DNA from: Halogeometricum borinquense DSM 11551
GTDB taxonomy: Archaea > Halobacteriota > Halobacteria > Halobacteriales > Haloferacaceae
Assembly: GCF_000172995.2 (NCBI RefSeq)
Contig: NC_014729.1
Location: 2,640,001-2,672,000 of the forward strand
DNA length: 32,000 nucleotides
Direction of reading: 5' to 3'
Every line of letters starts with the position of its first letter. Within the stretch, counting starts at the first letter, position 1. Below are positions 17,566 through 26,765 of the stretch, in pieces. A program made the translations under genes and the position numbers. The notes under the pieces were generated by a model, which was given only the letters and a program-made list of their open reading frames with translations, was not told the origin of the DNA and made no database searches.

Positions 17566-17594
17566 ACAACGCGCGACCTGAGTCAGCGAGGGAG

Positions 17595-17927
17595 TCAGAA
17601 GTGTCCGGGGTCCTCGTCGCCGTACTGGAGTTCGCCGCCGCGGCCGCCCTCAACCGTGCTGGCCCCGTGATCCCCCGAACTCGGGACCTTCACTTGTACG
17701 TCTGTCACGTCGTCGAAGTCCATGATGAGGTCGGCCTTGATGTTGTTCGCGGTGATGTTCGAGATACCGCACCCGGCGCAGGCCCCACCGAGTTCGACGA
17801 CGACCTCACCGGTCTCGGGGTCGGCTTTTCGCACGACGCTGTCGCCGCCGTGCATCTGGATGATGGGCATCTGCCCGACCATCCAATCCTCGATACGCCG
17901 TTTCAGCGAGTCCCCGTCATCGCTCAT
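17595..17927 (-). CDS. NifU-like (Nfu C-terminal domain) Fe-S cluster protein
   Basis: The GGACAGCG (CxxC) motif within ...[42 protein letters not shown] is typical of Nfu/NifU C-terminal domains. The start could also be the ATG at 17948. Confidence 0.75.
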   Translation of the reverse strand: MSDDGDSLKRRIEDWMVGQMPIIQMHGGDSVVRKADPETGEVVVELGGACAGCGISNITANNIKADLIMDFDDVTDVQVKVPSSGDHGASTVEGGRGGELQYGDEDPGHF

Positions 17928-18029
17928 ACCATAGTCTTTGCACCCCATGCTTTGATGCCTTGCGGTTGCCGCGACAGAAATGACACCGAAAACGGTTTCG
18001 TTCACGGTCTATCGCCCGGTTTAGACGTG

Positions 18030-19523
18030 TTACTCGCGTCGCGCTCGCCGGAGTAACCGCCACGAAGCGATGCCGAGTGCGCCCGCACCGATTTCCATGC
18101 CGAATCCGGGCGTGTCCGCCGTTGTCGTGTCCGCCTCGTGGTCCGTTCCGGACTGCGTTTGCGACGAACCGTTTGTCCCCGAAGCCGCCGTTCCCACAAG
18201 AGAGCCCGTGGTCGATCCGTTCGACGTGTTCGCCATGAGGTCCGGCGGCGATGCCTGTTGACCGGCGTGGTCCGGAAACGTGTACAAGCGACTGGGTGCG
18301 TTGGGCGTTCCCCAACTCGTTCCGACGAAGTAGCCCGTCTCTGCGCCCGGTGTGGCGAGTTGGGCCGTCCAGAACGACGCCTCGTCCGGCATCCGCCACC
18401 ACGTGAGCTGTTCGGGATTCGTCGGGTCCGACACGTCGTGTCGCTTCACGCCGCCGCGGTACCACGCCGAGTAGAGTCGTCCATCGTGGAACTCGAAGTT
18501 GTGAGCGGTGGTCCAGACACCGCTAAACGTCGGGTCCGGCGACGGCGGCGGATCGATAGTCGAGCGATGTTCGGGAGCGGCAGGGTCCGACACGTCCCAG
18601 AGGTCGATACCGGACGGGCCGCCGATCAGACGCGTCTCGGAATCCTCGTCGTTGCCGCCGATGCGCTGTGCCCACGACTCCTTGCCGATGCCGAGGAGCG
18701 TACCTGATTCGTCGGTGGCGACGTAGTGGTGATTGCCCGGTGGAACGAGAGCTTCGCCGCGACTCTCGGATGACGAACCAGAGAGTTCCGACGGGTCCGG
18801 CGCGGCCACGCTCCCGAGGAGCGTGGGGTCTGCTGGCTCCGATACGTCGAGAATCCACGTCCCGGCGTCCCAGTAAGCGAGGTAGGCGGTGTCCTCGTGA
18901 ACGTAGACATCGTGGAGCGGTCTGCGTTCGCTCGGTACGTCGCCCCACACCTCGTCGACGTCCGTGAGCGACCACTCGCCGACTGCCTCGCCGGATTCGA
19001 GGTCTATGACGACGAGTGCGTTCGCCTCGCCGTCGTTTCTCGTCAGATAGGCGTGTTCGTCACGGACAAAGCAGTTGTGAATGGGATATTTGGTCTCGAA
19101 GAAGGAGACGCGTTCGGGGTCTGCTGGGTCCGATACGTCCACGACGAGCGCGCCAGCGACGACGCTCGGAATCGGATTCGCGGGGCCGACGACGACTAAC
19201 GTGTCGGGGTCGGTCACGTCGAGTTTCACGTCGAAGATGCCGCGAAGCGGACCGTTTTCGTGTTCATCGACCGGATTGCGAACCTCAGCGAGAACACTCG
19301 GACGGTCGGGTGTCGAGATATCGACCGTGACATAGCCCGTGGTCGCCGCGAGGTACGCGACCGTTCCATCAGGCGAGACGACCGCCTCTTTCGCCCCTTC
19401 GACATCGACGTGACCGAACGGTTTGTACGGCCCGGGATGCGCGTCGGCGCGAGTCGAAGTCGAGAGCGAAAGTCCGGACGCACCGAGGAGGGCACCCGCG
19501 CGGAGGAAGTCACGACGGTGCAT
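18030..19523 (-). CDS. Secreted LVIVD-repeat beta-propeller protein with a Tat signal and a PGF-CTERM anchor
   Basis: Twin-arginine signal [17 protein letters not shown]. Repeated (V/I)xDVSDP-type LVIVD motifs. Ser/Thr-rich linker. C-terminal [26 protein letters not shown] is a PGF-CTERM sorting signal. Confidence 0.85.
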   Translation of the reverse strand: MHRRDFLRAGALLGASGLSLSTSTRADAHPGPYKPFGHVDVEGAKEAVVSPDGTVAYLAATTGYVTVDISTPDRPSVLAEVRNPVDEHENGPLRGIFDVKLDVTDPDTLVVVGPANPIPSVVAGALVVDVSDPADPERVSFFETKYPIHNCFVRDEHAYLTRNDGEANALVVIDLESGEAVGEWSLTDVDEVWGDVPSERRPLHDVYVHEDTAYLAYWDAGTWILDVSEPADPTLLGSVAAPDPSELSGSSSESRGEALVPPGNHHYVATDESGTLLGIGKESWAQRIGGNDEDSETRLIGGPSGIDLWDVSDPAAPEHRSTIDPPPSPDPTFSGVWTTAHNFEFHDGRLYSAWYRGGVKRHDVSDPTNPEQLTWWRMPDEASFWTAQLATPGAETGYFVGTSWGTPNAPSRLYTFPDHAGQQASPPDLMANTSNGSTTGSLVGTAASGTNGSSQTQSGTDHEADTTTADTPGFGMEIGAGALGIASWRLLRRARRE

Positions 19524-19613
19524 ACCGACTTTCGGGGTTCGGTCGTGATAAGTCGGCCGCCAAGGAGGTAACAGAAGTAGGTGGTCGTCTCGCAACCAAC
19601 GGGCCGTCCCGTC

Positions 19614-20582
19614 CTACAGACGAGACCGGTCGCCGGTCCCGCCGGTCATCGCACTCGCTAACGCTCCCTGCACCACGACTTCGTCACCCAGCGTCGTCAA
19701 CTCGATCTGTGGGACGTTCACCATCACCATCTCGTCCATCCGTTCGCGGATCGGGTCCAAAGTGAGGTCTGGATTGTTGAGGGCGACGGCACCGCCGACG
19801 TAGATTGTGAGTGGGGCGTACGCGTGGACGATATTGGCGATGCCCATCGCGTTCCAGTGGCCGACCTGATCGACGACGTAACGGGCGAACTCGTCGTCTT
19901 CGGCGTGGTTGAACACGTCGGCCGCAGAAAAGTCGGGATCGTCAATCGGAAGCGACGTTTCCACGTCGTCTTCCTCGTAGAGAAATTCGGCGTAGCGCGG
20001 GATATTGTTGCCCGAACAGTACGCCTCCCAGTGTCCGTCGTGTCCACAACCGCAGGTGAGGAGTCCCTGCGGGTCGAGCGTCATATGCCCGACTTCGCCC
20101 GCGTTACCGTCCCATCCGGAGAGGACGTTACCATCGACGCAGACGCCCGCGCCGACACCCGACGAGATGGTGACGTAGACCATGTCGTCGGGGTTCCGTT
20201 CCGAGTGGAATCGTTCGCCGATGACGCCTGCGTTCGTGTCGTTATGAAGGTAGACACGTTCGGTGTCGAGGAGAACTGACAGCGGTCCCGTAAGCGGGAT
20301 GCGGTCGATTGTATCGGGGAGGTTCGCCGGGTTTTCGACGGCACCTTCGGCCAAGTCCAGCGGACCGATGGAAGCGACGCCTGCGGCGACGGCTTGGTTG
20401 GGTCTGATGCCCGCTTCCGAACACGTCTCGCGGACGACACGAAGAATCGCTTCCGTCACCGCAATTCCCGTCGGACCACGAGGCGTTCCATCGCTACGGC
20501 TGGCGATGACAGTTCCGTCTTCGTCGGCTACGACCGCGCGGATGTTAGTCGCCCCGAGGTCGACACCCACGTAGTAGGCCAT
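19614..20582 (-). CDS. ROK-family sugar kinase (probable glucokinase)
   Basis: N-terminal ATP-binding motif GVDLGATNIR, an internal NDTNAGVIGE motif, and the zinc-binding segment GHMTL...CGCGHDGHWEAYCSG, all typical of ROK kinases. Confidence 0.85.
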   Translation of the reverse strand: MAYYVGVDLGATNIRAVVADEDGTVIASRSDGTPRGPTGIAVTEAILRVVRETCSEAGIRPNQAVAAGVASIGPLDLAEGAVENPANLPDTIDRIPLTGPLSVLLDTERVYLHNDTNAGVIGERFHSERNPDDMVYVTISSGVGAGVCVDGNVLSGWDGNAGEVGHMTLDPQGLLTCGCGHDGHWEAYCSGNNIPRYAEFLYEEDDVETSLPIDDPDFSAADVFNHAEDDEFARYVVDQVGHWNAMGIANIVHAYAPLTIYVGGAVALNNPDLTLDPIRERMDEMVMVNVPQIELTTLGDEVVVQGALASAMTGGTGDRSRL

Positions 20583-20590
20583 TATACGGA

Positions 20591-20648
20591 TACGTGTTTG
20601 CCCGGCACTTAACTAAGAGGTTTCTCACACGGATCCGAGTACGTGTTT
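20591..20648 (-). promoter_or_regulatory. ROK kinase promoter region: a TATA-like TTAGTTAA (complement of 20609-20616) bracketed by two copies of a 9-nt direct repeat
   Basis: TACGTGTTT occurs at 20591-20599 and 20640-20648 (AAACACGTA on the coding strand). The TATA-like centre is about 30 nt upstream of the ATG at 20582. Confidence 0.4.
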
Positions 20649-20692
20649 TACACGAGAGTAGAGACCCGCGGAATCGAGCGCGTCAGGGACGC

Positions 20693-21151
20693 TCACTTCG
20701 TGTCAGCTCTGACGAACGTGACCGGGCAGGGTGCAGAGAGCATCACTTCCTGTGCGACGCTCCCGAAGACAGCTTTCCCGGCAGGCGACCGCTTCCGACC
20801 GCCAACGAGGACGCGGTCTGCGTCTACGTCGTTTGCGAGGCTGACGATTGACTCGCCGTGGTCGCCGACGCGCCCACGGATGTCGTACTCGACACCCGCC
20901 TCGTCGAGTGTATCCACCAACTCTCGAATCGTCGAATGTCGCATCGCGACGTCGTCGGCGGATACCTCGTCGGCCGTCGTGTCGAAATCGAGGTTGTCGA
21001 GCGCGGAGTTGTACTCCTCGCGTGTGAACACGTGAGCGAGAACGACACGAGCGCCGGTCGGTCCGGCAACGTCTATCGTCTCGTCTGCGAGTCGTTCGAG
21101 CCTGTCCGCATCTCCCGGTCCGACAGCTAAGAGAATGGATTCTATCGCCAT
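20693..21151 (-). CDS. Universal stress protein (UspA family)
   Basis: ILLAVGPGD...VVLAHV...DRVLVGGRKRSPAGKAVFGSVAQEVMLSAPCPV is the canonical Usp ATP-binding C-terminal motif. I prefer the start at ATG 21151 (MAIESILLAV). Confidence 0.85.
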   Translation of the reverse strand: MAIESILLAVGPGDADRLERLADETIDVAGPTGARVVLAHVFTREEYNSALDNLDFDTTADEVSADDVAMRHSTIRELVDTLDEAGVEYDIRGRVGDHGESIVSLANDVDADRVLVGGRKRSPAGKAVFGSVAQEVMLSAPCPVTFVRADTK

Positions 21152-21333
21152 ACAGCACAGAAGACTCTCCGTTCCCTTAACTGTAGCGACTGTTTTACTC
21201 AAATCCGAATGAAAATTTGGTCCGCGCGACCGAGACTAGTCACTCACAGAGTGCGTCACATGCTATCATTATGTATTTTGCTTTGTGACAGGGGATCAGT
21301 TACTCCGAACCACAGATAGCGAGGCGGACAACA

Positions 21334-21340
21334 ATATATA
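21334..21340 (+). promoter_or_regulatory. TATA-like element (ATATATA) about 25 nt upstream of the SDR gene ATG
   Basis: It lies at the end of a 210-bp AT-rich intergenic region. The spacing is consistent with a leaderless mRNA. Confidence 0.45.
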
Positions 21341-21361
21341 GGCGCCAACCGACCACCTGGT

Positions 21362-22102
21362 ATGCTCTCTCCACAGTTGGACGGCCGCGTTGCGTTGGTG
21401 ACTGGAAGCGCGCACGGGGTCGGACGGGCTATCGCGCTCCGCGCTGCCGCCTCCGGTGCCGCCGTAGCGGTTCACTACCACACGAGCGACGACGCCGCCC
21501 GCGAGGCGGCCGCAGAAGCCCGTGAACTTGGCGCGCCAGCCGCGACCACGGTTCAGGGGGACGTGACTGATCCCGACAGCGTGGACGCGATGTTCGACGC
21601 CGTCGAAGCCGAGTTGGGGACGGTGGACCTCCTCGTGAACAACGTTGGTGACTTCGCCCCGGTACACTGGGAAGAGATCGACTTCGGGACGTGGAAACGC
21701 ATCATCGAGACGAACTTTTACGGGACCGTTCTCTGCTCGAAGCGTGCCCTCGCAGGGATGCGCGATCAGTCGTGGGGACGCATCGTCAACATCGGCTACG
21801 CTGGGAGCGAGAAAGCGCTCGTCTACCCGAAGAACTTCCCGTACTTCGTAGCGAAGACGGGCGTCCTGATGTTCACGCGGATGCTCGCGGCGGATACACA
21901 AGATGACGGCGTGACGGTCAACGCCGTCTCGCCGTACGTGGTGGATACCTCCGATGAGTTCCCCGAAGACGCGCCGCGCGGCCGGTGGGCGTCCGTCGAA
22001 GATATCGCGCACGCGGTGGCGTTTTTCTGCCACGAGGATTCGGGCTATATCTCCGGCGAGAACGTCGAAATCGACGGCGGATGGCTCCCGGAGACACTGT
22101 GA
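21362..22102 (+). CDS. Short-chain dehydrogenase/reductase (FabG-like SDR)
   Basis: Cofactor motif TGSAHGVGRAI, NNVG, the catalytic YxxxK (YFVAK) and the C-terminal GENVEIDGG motif. Confidence 0.85.
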   Translation: MLSPQLDGRVALVTGSAHGVGRAIALRAAASGAAVAVHYHTSDDAAREAAAEARELGAPAATTVQGDVTDPDSVDAMFDAVEAELGTVDLLVNNVGDFAPVHWEEIDFGTWKRIIETNFYGTVLCSKRALAGMRDQSWGRIVNIGYAGSEKALVYPKNFPYFVAKTGVLMFTRMLAADTQDDGVTVNAVSPYVVDTSDEFPEDAPRGRWASVEDIAHAVAFFCHEDSGYISGENVEIDGGWLPETL

Positions 22103-22138
22103 CGAATCGAATCAGCGGTACGCGGCGCTACCGACCTA

Positions 22139-22157
22139 GCGAACGAGAGTCGTTCGC
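22139..22157. terminator. Perfect 8-bp stem hairpin (GCGAACGA-GAG-TCGTTCGC) between convergent genes
   Basis: Read directly from the sequence. It lies between the SDR stop (22102) and the stop of the 126-aa gene (22176). Confidence 0.35.
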
Positions 22158-22175
22158 ACGGAAGAGAAGTACCGT

Positions 22176-22556
22176 TCAGTAGTCGGGTGCATCGTCTTCG
22201 ACGGAGCGTTTCAGCGAGTCACGGCGGGACTTCGCGTCGCGTCCGGTCGCTTCGAGGAGGAATGTGTTCTTCGCATCGACGGCTTCCCCCGCGGCTTCGA
22301 GTTCGTCGGGGCCGAGCTCCGTCGGGTCGCGCTCGGTGAACTCGACGGCGAGTTTGTCCTTCTTGCCACTGTACTTCACAGCGCCAGCGATGATGCGTTC
22401 GAAGACAGGGTTCGAGGGTTCACCGACGACGTAGAGGTCGCTTCCCTTGTACTCCTCGGTCCCGGTAATCGTGCCGAACATCTCCTCGACGTACGACTCC
22501 ATGTCCGGAACTCGGTCATCGAGGGTCTCACCACGACGCATCTTGTACTCCTTCAT
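22176..22556 (-). CDS. Conserved archaeal hypothetical protein, 126 aa (possibly DUF5611 family, from memory and unverified)
   Basis: ATG start and protein-like acidic composition with good GC3. It has no catalytic motif that I recognise. Confidence 0.6.
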   Translation of the reverse strand: MKEYKMRRGETLDDRVPDMESYVEEMFGTITGTEEYKGSDLYVVGEPSNPVFERIIAGAVKYSGKKDKLAVEFTERDPTELGPDELEAAGEAVDAKNTFLLEATGRDAKSRRDSLKRSVEDDAPDY

Positions 22557-22669
22557 GGCCCGTGATTTGACAGGCGACGGTTTACCTGTTTCGTCCCTCG
22601 TCGCTTCTTATGCCCTATAAAAGCGTCTCGCGCCGCCTATAAGCGGTTTACAAGTGTGGCGGTCGTCGC

Positions 22670-23869
22670 CTACAGTTTTCGTTCGGCGATGTACCCCTGC
22701 TTGCACTCGGGACAGATGTCGCCCGCGCGCATCGACGAGGCACCCGCCGTCCGGGCGTGACCGCAGTTAGGACAGTAGAACTCGATCCGGTCGTCCGGAA
22801 CGTCCGACTGGAGTTCGTCCTGCTGCTCCGCACGAGTGAATCCATCGGTATCACCGGCCGTGATGTACTCTTCTTCGTCCGCGTCGGAATCGGCGGCTTG
22901 CCCGTTCGACTCGGGCGTGAGTCCACCGAAGGACACGTCCGCCGGGACACCGTCTGACGGTTCGGCCGCGAATCCTTCGTCTTCGCCGTCCTGTACAGGC
23001 CACGTCGTGTTTTCGTCGGCGACATCCTCGCGTTCCGGCCACTCGCCGTGACCGCGGTCAGGACTGGACTCCGAGATCTCCTCTTCGTCAGCGTCGATGA
23101 ACTCAGCGTCGTCAGTAACGTTCTCGGGCGCGGGGTCGTCAGCTTCGACTGGTTCGTCGTTCTCTATCGCCGCGGACTCTCGTGCCGCCATCTCCGGGTC
23201 GGGACCCGCCTCTTCGGGCCACTGCGTCTCGTCCCGTTCGGTCGCCTCGTCGTCAAGGATGACCGCGTCGTCCTCGTCGGGTGACTCCGGCGGTTCGAAG
23301 TCGTCATCGTTGAACGAGGACTCCGAACTGGTATCGCCCGACGCTTCGGCCGCTTCAGGTCCGTCCGCGTCCTCCACGGGCGAGGATACCGTTGCGTCGT
23401 CAGGTTCGGCCTCGGCGATGTGCGTCCCGGCGTCGTCGGCAGGCGTCCCGGTATCGTTGGCAGGGACCCCGGAACCGTTTGCGGGCGCTCCGGCGTTGTC
23501 AGCGGGCATCTCGGAACCGTTAGCTGACGCTCCAGCACTGTTAGCGGACACTCCCGCACCGCTTGCGGGTGTTCCGGCACTGCTGGCAGACGTTCCCGTG
23601 TTGTCCGTCGTCTCGGGTCCGGCCGAAGACTCGGTCGCGGTTACGGGGTCTGCCGCCTCCGATTCGGCCGCTTCGTCCAGTCCCACGTCTTGGGGGTCCC
23701 GAATAGAAGTGACCTCTTTGTTCTCGCTGACGACGTGTTCGTCCTCGCATCGCTGGCACACCTGAATCTCCCGGATGGTAACGACGACCTCATCGCCGTT
23801 TTCCTCGCGTTCGCGTTCTATCTCGGGGTCCCCGTACTGATGCCCGAGTAGACGGCACTTGAGTCCCAT
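22670..23869 (-). CDS. Very acidic protein with N- and C-terminal zinc-ribbon-like modules and a low-complexity repeat core, 399 aa
   Basis: N-terminus C-x4-H...CxxC (KCRLLGH...VCQRCE). C-terminus CPNCG...CPECK. The middle is D/E/A/P-rich with nine tandem heptapeptides. Confidence 0.7.
   Translation of the reverse strand: MGLKCRLLGHQYGDPEIEREREENGDEVVVTIREIQVCQRCEDEHVVSENKEVTSIRDPQDVGLDEAAESEAADPVTATESSAGPETTDNTGTSASSAGTPASGAGVSANSAGASANGSEMPADNAGAPANGSGVPANDTGTPADDAGTHIAEAEPDDATVSSPVEDADGPEAAEASGDTSSESSFNDDDFEPPESPDEDDAVILDDEATERDETQWPEEAGPDPEMAARESAAIENDEPVEADDPAPENVTDDAEFIDADEEEISESSPDRGHGEWPEREDVADENTTWPVQDGEDEGFAAEPSDGVPADVSFGGLTPESNGQAADSDADEEEYITAGDTDGFTRAEQQDELQSDVPDDRIEFYCPNCGHARTAGASSMRAGDICPECKQGYIAERKL
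23417..23605 (-). repeat. Coding tandem repeat: nine 21-nt (heptapeptide) units, consensus (N/D/S)-x-(A/S/T)-G-x-(P/S)-A
   Basis: Residues 89-151 read DNTGTSA SSAGTPA SGAGVSA NSAGASA NGSEMPA DNAGAPA NGSGVPA NDTGTPA DDAGTHI. Confidence 0.85.
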
Positions 23870-23979
23870 TACCCGCTTTTCGGAAACTCAGCGACTAAAA
23901 TGTACCCCCTCGTTGTCCGACGCTCGGCAGACGCCCGCTCACGAATGACAGTGACAATAGTCAGCACGCGCAGGGGACA

Positions 23980-23986
23980 CTATAAA
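23980..23986 (+). promoter_or_regulatory. TATA-like element (CTATAAA) about 28 nt upstream of the ATG at 24011
   Basis: The spacing fits a leaderless transcript. It supports 24011 rather than 23900 as the start. Confidence 0.45.
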
Positions 23987-24010
23987 CCGAGTGCGGACGA
24001 TGTAGCGAAC

Positions 24011-24310
24011 ATGAGAGCGCGGCGGGAGTTTCGAAATCGGCGGGACGTGGAGGTATCCGTCCTCGACGCACTCGTTGATCGGGCCGAAGAGGGAATGACC
24101 GTCTTCGAGTTGCGCGCGGCCGTGGACGCCGACATCGATACCATCGAGGAGGCGTTGTCATCGCTGAAGTCGGACGGACTCATTACCGTCGATAGCGGCG
24201 AGGACCGAGTCGTAATCTTACCCGACGACCGCGTCGTGCCCGACCCCGGCGAGGAACCCGAGGACGAACAGAGTTTCATCGACGCCATCCGGGACCGGTT
24301 TGGATTGTAG
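24011..24310 (+). CDS. Small winged-helix (MarR-like) DNA-binding protein with an acidic tail, 99 aa
   Basis: VSVLDALVDRAEEGMTVFELRAAVDADIDTIEEALSSLKSDGLITV is wHTH-like. The gene is divergent from the acidic zinc-ribbon gene. Confidence 0.65.
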   Translation: MRARREFRNRRDVEVSVLDALVDRAEEGMTVFELRAAVDADIDTIEEALSSLKSDGLITVDSGEDRVVILPDDRVVPDPGEEPEDEQSFIDAIRDRFGL

Positions 24311-24373
24311 GGATCCGGCGAACGCCGGGGCATGACGCGGACGTTTTCACCCCCCAGAATAGATACGGAGGTA

Positions 24374-25468
24374 ATGACCGTCGTAGAGGAGATGCACGAG
24401 CGGTACGGCGCGACGTTCGAGACGCGCGCGGGGCGACGCGTCGTCCGCGACTACGGCCGACCGGAACGAACCACCCGCGCCGTCCGCAACGGCGCGGCGG
24501 TGATGGAGATGGGCTACGGCGTCGTCGTCGTCGAAGGCGACGACAGAATCGAATTCGTAGACAACGCGGTGTCGAACCGCGTGCCCGACGCCGACGGCGA
24601 AGGCGTCTACGCCCTCCTGTTGGACCCACAGGGCCGTATCGAGACGGACATGTACGTCTACAACGCGGGCGAACGGCTTCTCTGTTTCACACCGCCCAAA
24701 CGCGCCGAACCGCTGGTCGAAGACTGGTCGGAGAAAGTGTTCATCCAAGACGTGTCGATCCGCGATGCCACCGCTGACTTCGGCGTGTTCGGCGTCCACG
24801 GTCCCCAATCGACCGAGAAAGTGGCGAGCGTCCTCAACGGTGCGGCCGCGCCCGAACCGGCGCTTTCGTTCGTCCGCGGATCGATGGGCAACGCTGGCGT
24901 GACAGTCATCGCAGGCGACGGACTCGTGGGTGAGGAAGGCTACGAAGTCGTCTGCACCGCCGACGCCGCCGCGGACGTATTCGACACGCTCCTGACCAAC
25001 GGAATGAACGCCGTGCCGTTCGGCTACGCGACGTGGGACATGCTCACTGCGGAGGCGGGAACGCCCCTGTTCGACACCGAGTTAGTCGGTCGCGTGCCGA
25101 ACGTCCTCGGCCTTCGCAACGCGCTCGACTTCGAGAAAGGCTGTTACGTCGGACAGGAAGTCGTCTCGAAAGTAGAAAACCGCGGTCGGCCGAGTCAACG
25201 TCTCGTCGGTCTCCGCCCCGAAGCACTTCCAGAATCCGGCGCGGCGGTCTTCAACGGCGATTCGTCCGTCGGCGAGGTCACGCGTGCCGTCGAAAGTCCG
25301 ATGCTAGAATCGCCGATTGCCCTCGCACTCCTCGATTTCGATGAAGACGCCTCGACGGTGCAGGTTCGCGTCGATGAAAAAGAGGTGACGGCGGACGTGG
25401 TTTCGCTACCGTTTGTGGACGGGAGCGATACCTCGCGGCGACTTCCGGCCTATCCCGACAGCGAGTAA
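24374..25468 (+). CDS. Folate-binding GcvT/YgfZ-family protein (aminomethyltransferase-like)
   Basis: The N-terminus HERYGATFETRAGRRVVRDYG...GVVVVEGDDRIEFVDNAVSN and the C-terminal KGCYVGQEVVSKVENRG motif are typical of the GcvT/YgfZ fold. The ATG at 24332 is an alternative start. Confidence 0.8.
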   Translation: MTVVEEMHERYGATFETRAGRRVVRDYGRPERTTRAVRNGAAVMEMGYGVVVVEGDDRIEFVDNAVSNRVPDADGEGVYALLLDPQGRIETDMYVYNAGERLLCFTPPKRAEPLVEDWSEKVFIQDVSIRDATADFGVFGVHGPQSTEKVASVLNGAAAPEPALSFVRGSMGNAGVTVIAGDGLVGEEGYEVVCTADAAADVFDTLLTNGMNAVPFGYATWDMLTAEAGTPLFDTELVGRVPNVLGLRNALDFEKGCYVGQEVVSKVENRGRPSQRLVGLRPEALPESGAAVFNGDSSVGEVTRAVESPMLESPIALALLDFDEDASTVQVRVDEKEVTADVVSLPFVDGSDTSRRLPAYPDSE

Positions 25469-25469
25469 C

Positions 25470-25554
25470 GGCTTGCCGGCGGTGGCTTGACAGCAGCAAC
25501 TTGACGGAAGCAACTTGATGGCGGCAACTTGGCGGCGGCGACTTGACAGCGGTT
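25470..25554. repeat. Degenerate tandem repeat, six 14-15-bp units, core RRCTTGACRGCRGC
   Basis: Units in order: GGCTTGCCGGCGGT, GGCTTGACAGCAGC, AACTTGACGGAAGC, AACTTGATGGCGGC, AACTTGGCGGCGGCG, ACTTGACAGCGGTT. Together they fill nearly the whole 97-nt gap between two convergent stop codons. Confidence 0.85.
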
Positions 25555-25565
25555 GAGTCTCGCTC

Positions 25566-26648
25566 TCAGCGACCGAGCAGCTTTGTGAGGTGTTCCCGCG
25601 AGAAGAACGACGTCGGTTTGTCCATGTGGACGCCAATTTCACCCGAGAGCGACCGCAGTCCGAAATGTTGGACACGTTCGGGCAGCGAGTACGCGCGGCG
25701 GATCCAATGGCCCATTGCGATCTCCTGCGACAGTTCCGACCGCCACGCCGACTCGTAGTCTCGGAGCGTCGCCGGGTCGTCGGGATCGATGGTATCGACG
25801 GCGCAGTCTGCGGCGGTCATGCCGTAGAGGATGCCGCCGCCGGTGAACGGTTTTGTCTGTGCGGCGGCGTCGCCCAGGAGGAACACCCGGCGCGTGGTGA
25901 CGCGGTCGGGCGGGCCAATGGGGATACCGCCCGAACAGAAGTGCGTCGTCTCCACGTCGTAGGCATCCGTGAGTACGTCGAACATCTCGTTGACCTCCGC
26001 ACCCGGTGGGGCGGCGAGACCGTACTCGACACCCGCGTCGCCGCGCGGGATGCGCCACGCGAAAAAGCGCGGGACAGTGAGATGTACGTCCACGAAGTCG
26101 CTGTCGTCAGGGGCTTCGTCGAACGCGAGGACACCGTGAAGTATCTCCTCGGGTTCGTCCAGTCCGGCCTGCCGACGGACGCGCGAGACGGGGCCGTCAC
26201 ATCCGGCGACCATCTTCGCCTCGATCGTCTGCTCGTCACCACCCGCGGAGACGGTGAGTTCGACGCCGTCGTGGCGTTCTTCGACGTTCGTGACTGTATG
26301 TCGTTCGCGCACGTCGGCACCGGCGTCTCGCGCACACGCTGCGAGCGTTCGGTCGAGTTCGACCCGGTCGATAACGTTCGACACCTCCTCGTTCTTGTAG
26401 AACGGGTAGTCACGTGAGTTCGGGCCGCCGACGTGGAAGTTTGCACCGTAAATTCGGTTCTGAAAGAGCGTCGTTTTGGCTTCGTCGGGAACGTACGCCC
26501 AGATATCGGTGCTGACGTGGCCGGAACAGGCCAGTGGCGTTCCGACCTCACCTTTCTCGAAGGCAACGACGTCGTATCCCGCCTCGGCGGCCCGGCGGGC
26601 GAACCGTGCGCCTGCAGGTCCGACGCCGACGACAGCGAAGTCGTACAT
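25566..26648 (-). CDS. FAD-dependent oxidoreductase of the geranylgeranyl reductase family
   Basis: N-terminal dinucleotide fold YDFAVVGVGPAGARFARRAAEAGYDVVAFEK, followed by LLGDAAAQTKPFTGGGI, which is typical of geranylgeranyl reductases. Confidence 0.85.
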   Translation of the reverse strand: MYDFAVVGVGPAGARFARRAAEAGYDVVAFEKGEVGTPLACSGHVSTDIWAYVPDEAKTTLFQNRIYGANFHVGGPNSRDYPFYKNEEVSNVIDRVELDRTLAACARDAGADVRERHTVTNVEERHDGVELTVSAGGDEQTIEAKMVAGCDGPVSRVRRQAGLDEPEEILHGVLAFDEAPDDSDFVDVHLTVPRFFAWRIPRGDAGVEYGLAAPPGAEVNEMFDVLTDAYDVETTHFCSGGIPIGPPDRVTTRRVFLLGDAAAQTKPFTGGGILYGMTAADCAVDTIDPDDPATLRDYESAWRSELSQEIAMGHWIRRAYSLPERVQHFGLRSLSGEIGVHMDKPTSFFSREHLTKLLGR

Positions 26649-26765
26649 TACTACGGCGTTCTTCGGGGTCGAACAAATACCTTCTTTGTCTGCACAGCAT
26701 CGGAACGAGCGCAGGAGTTGACACAGAGCCGAAATGATAAGTCAACAGATCGAAAATAATCCAAC

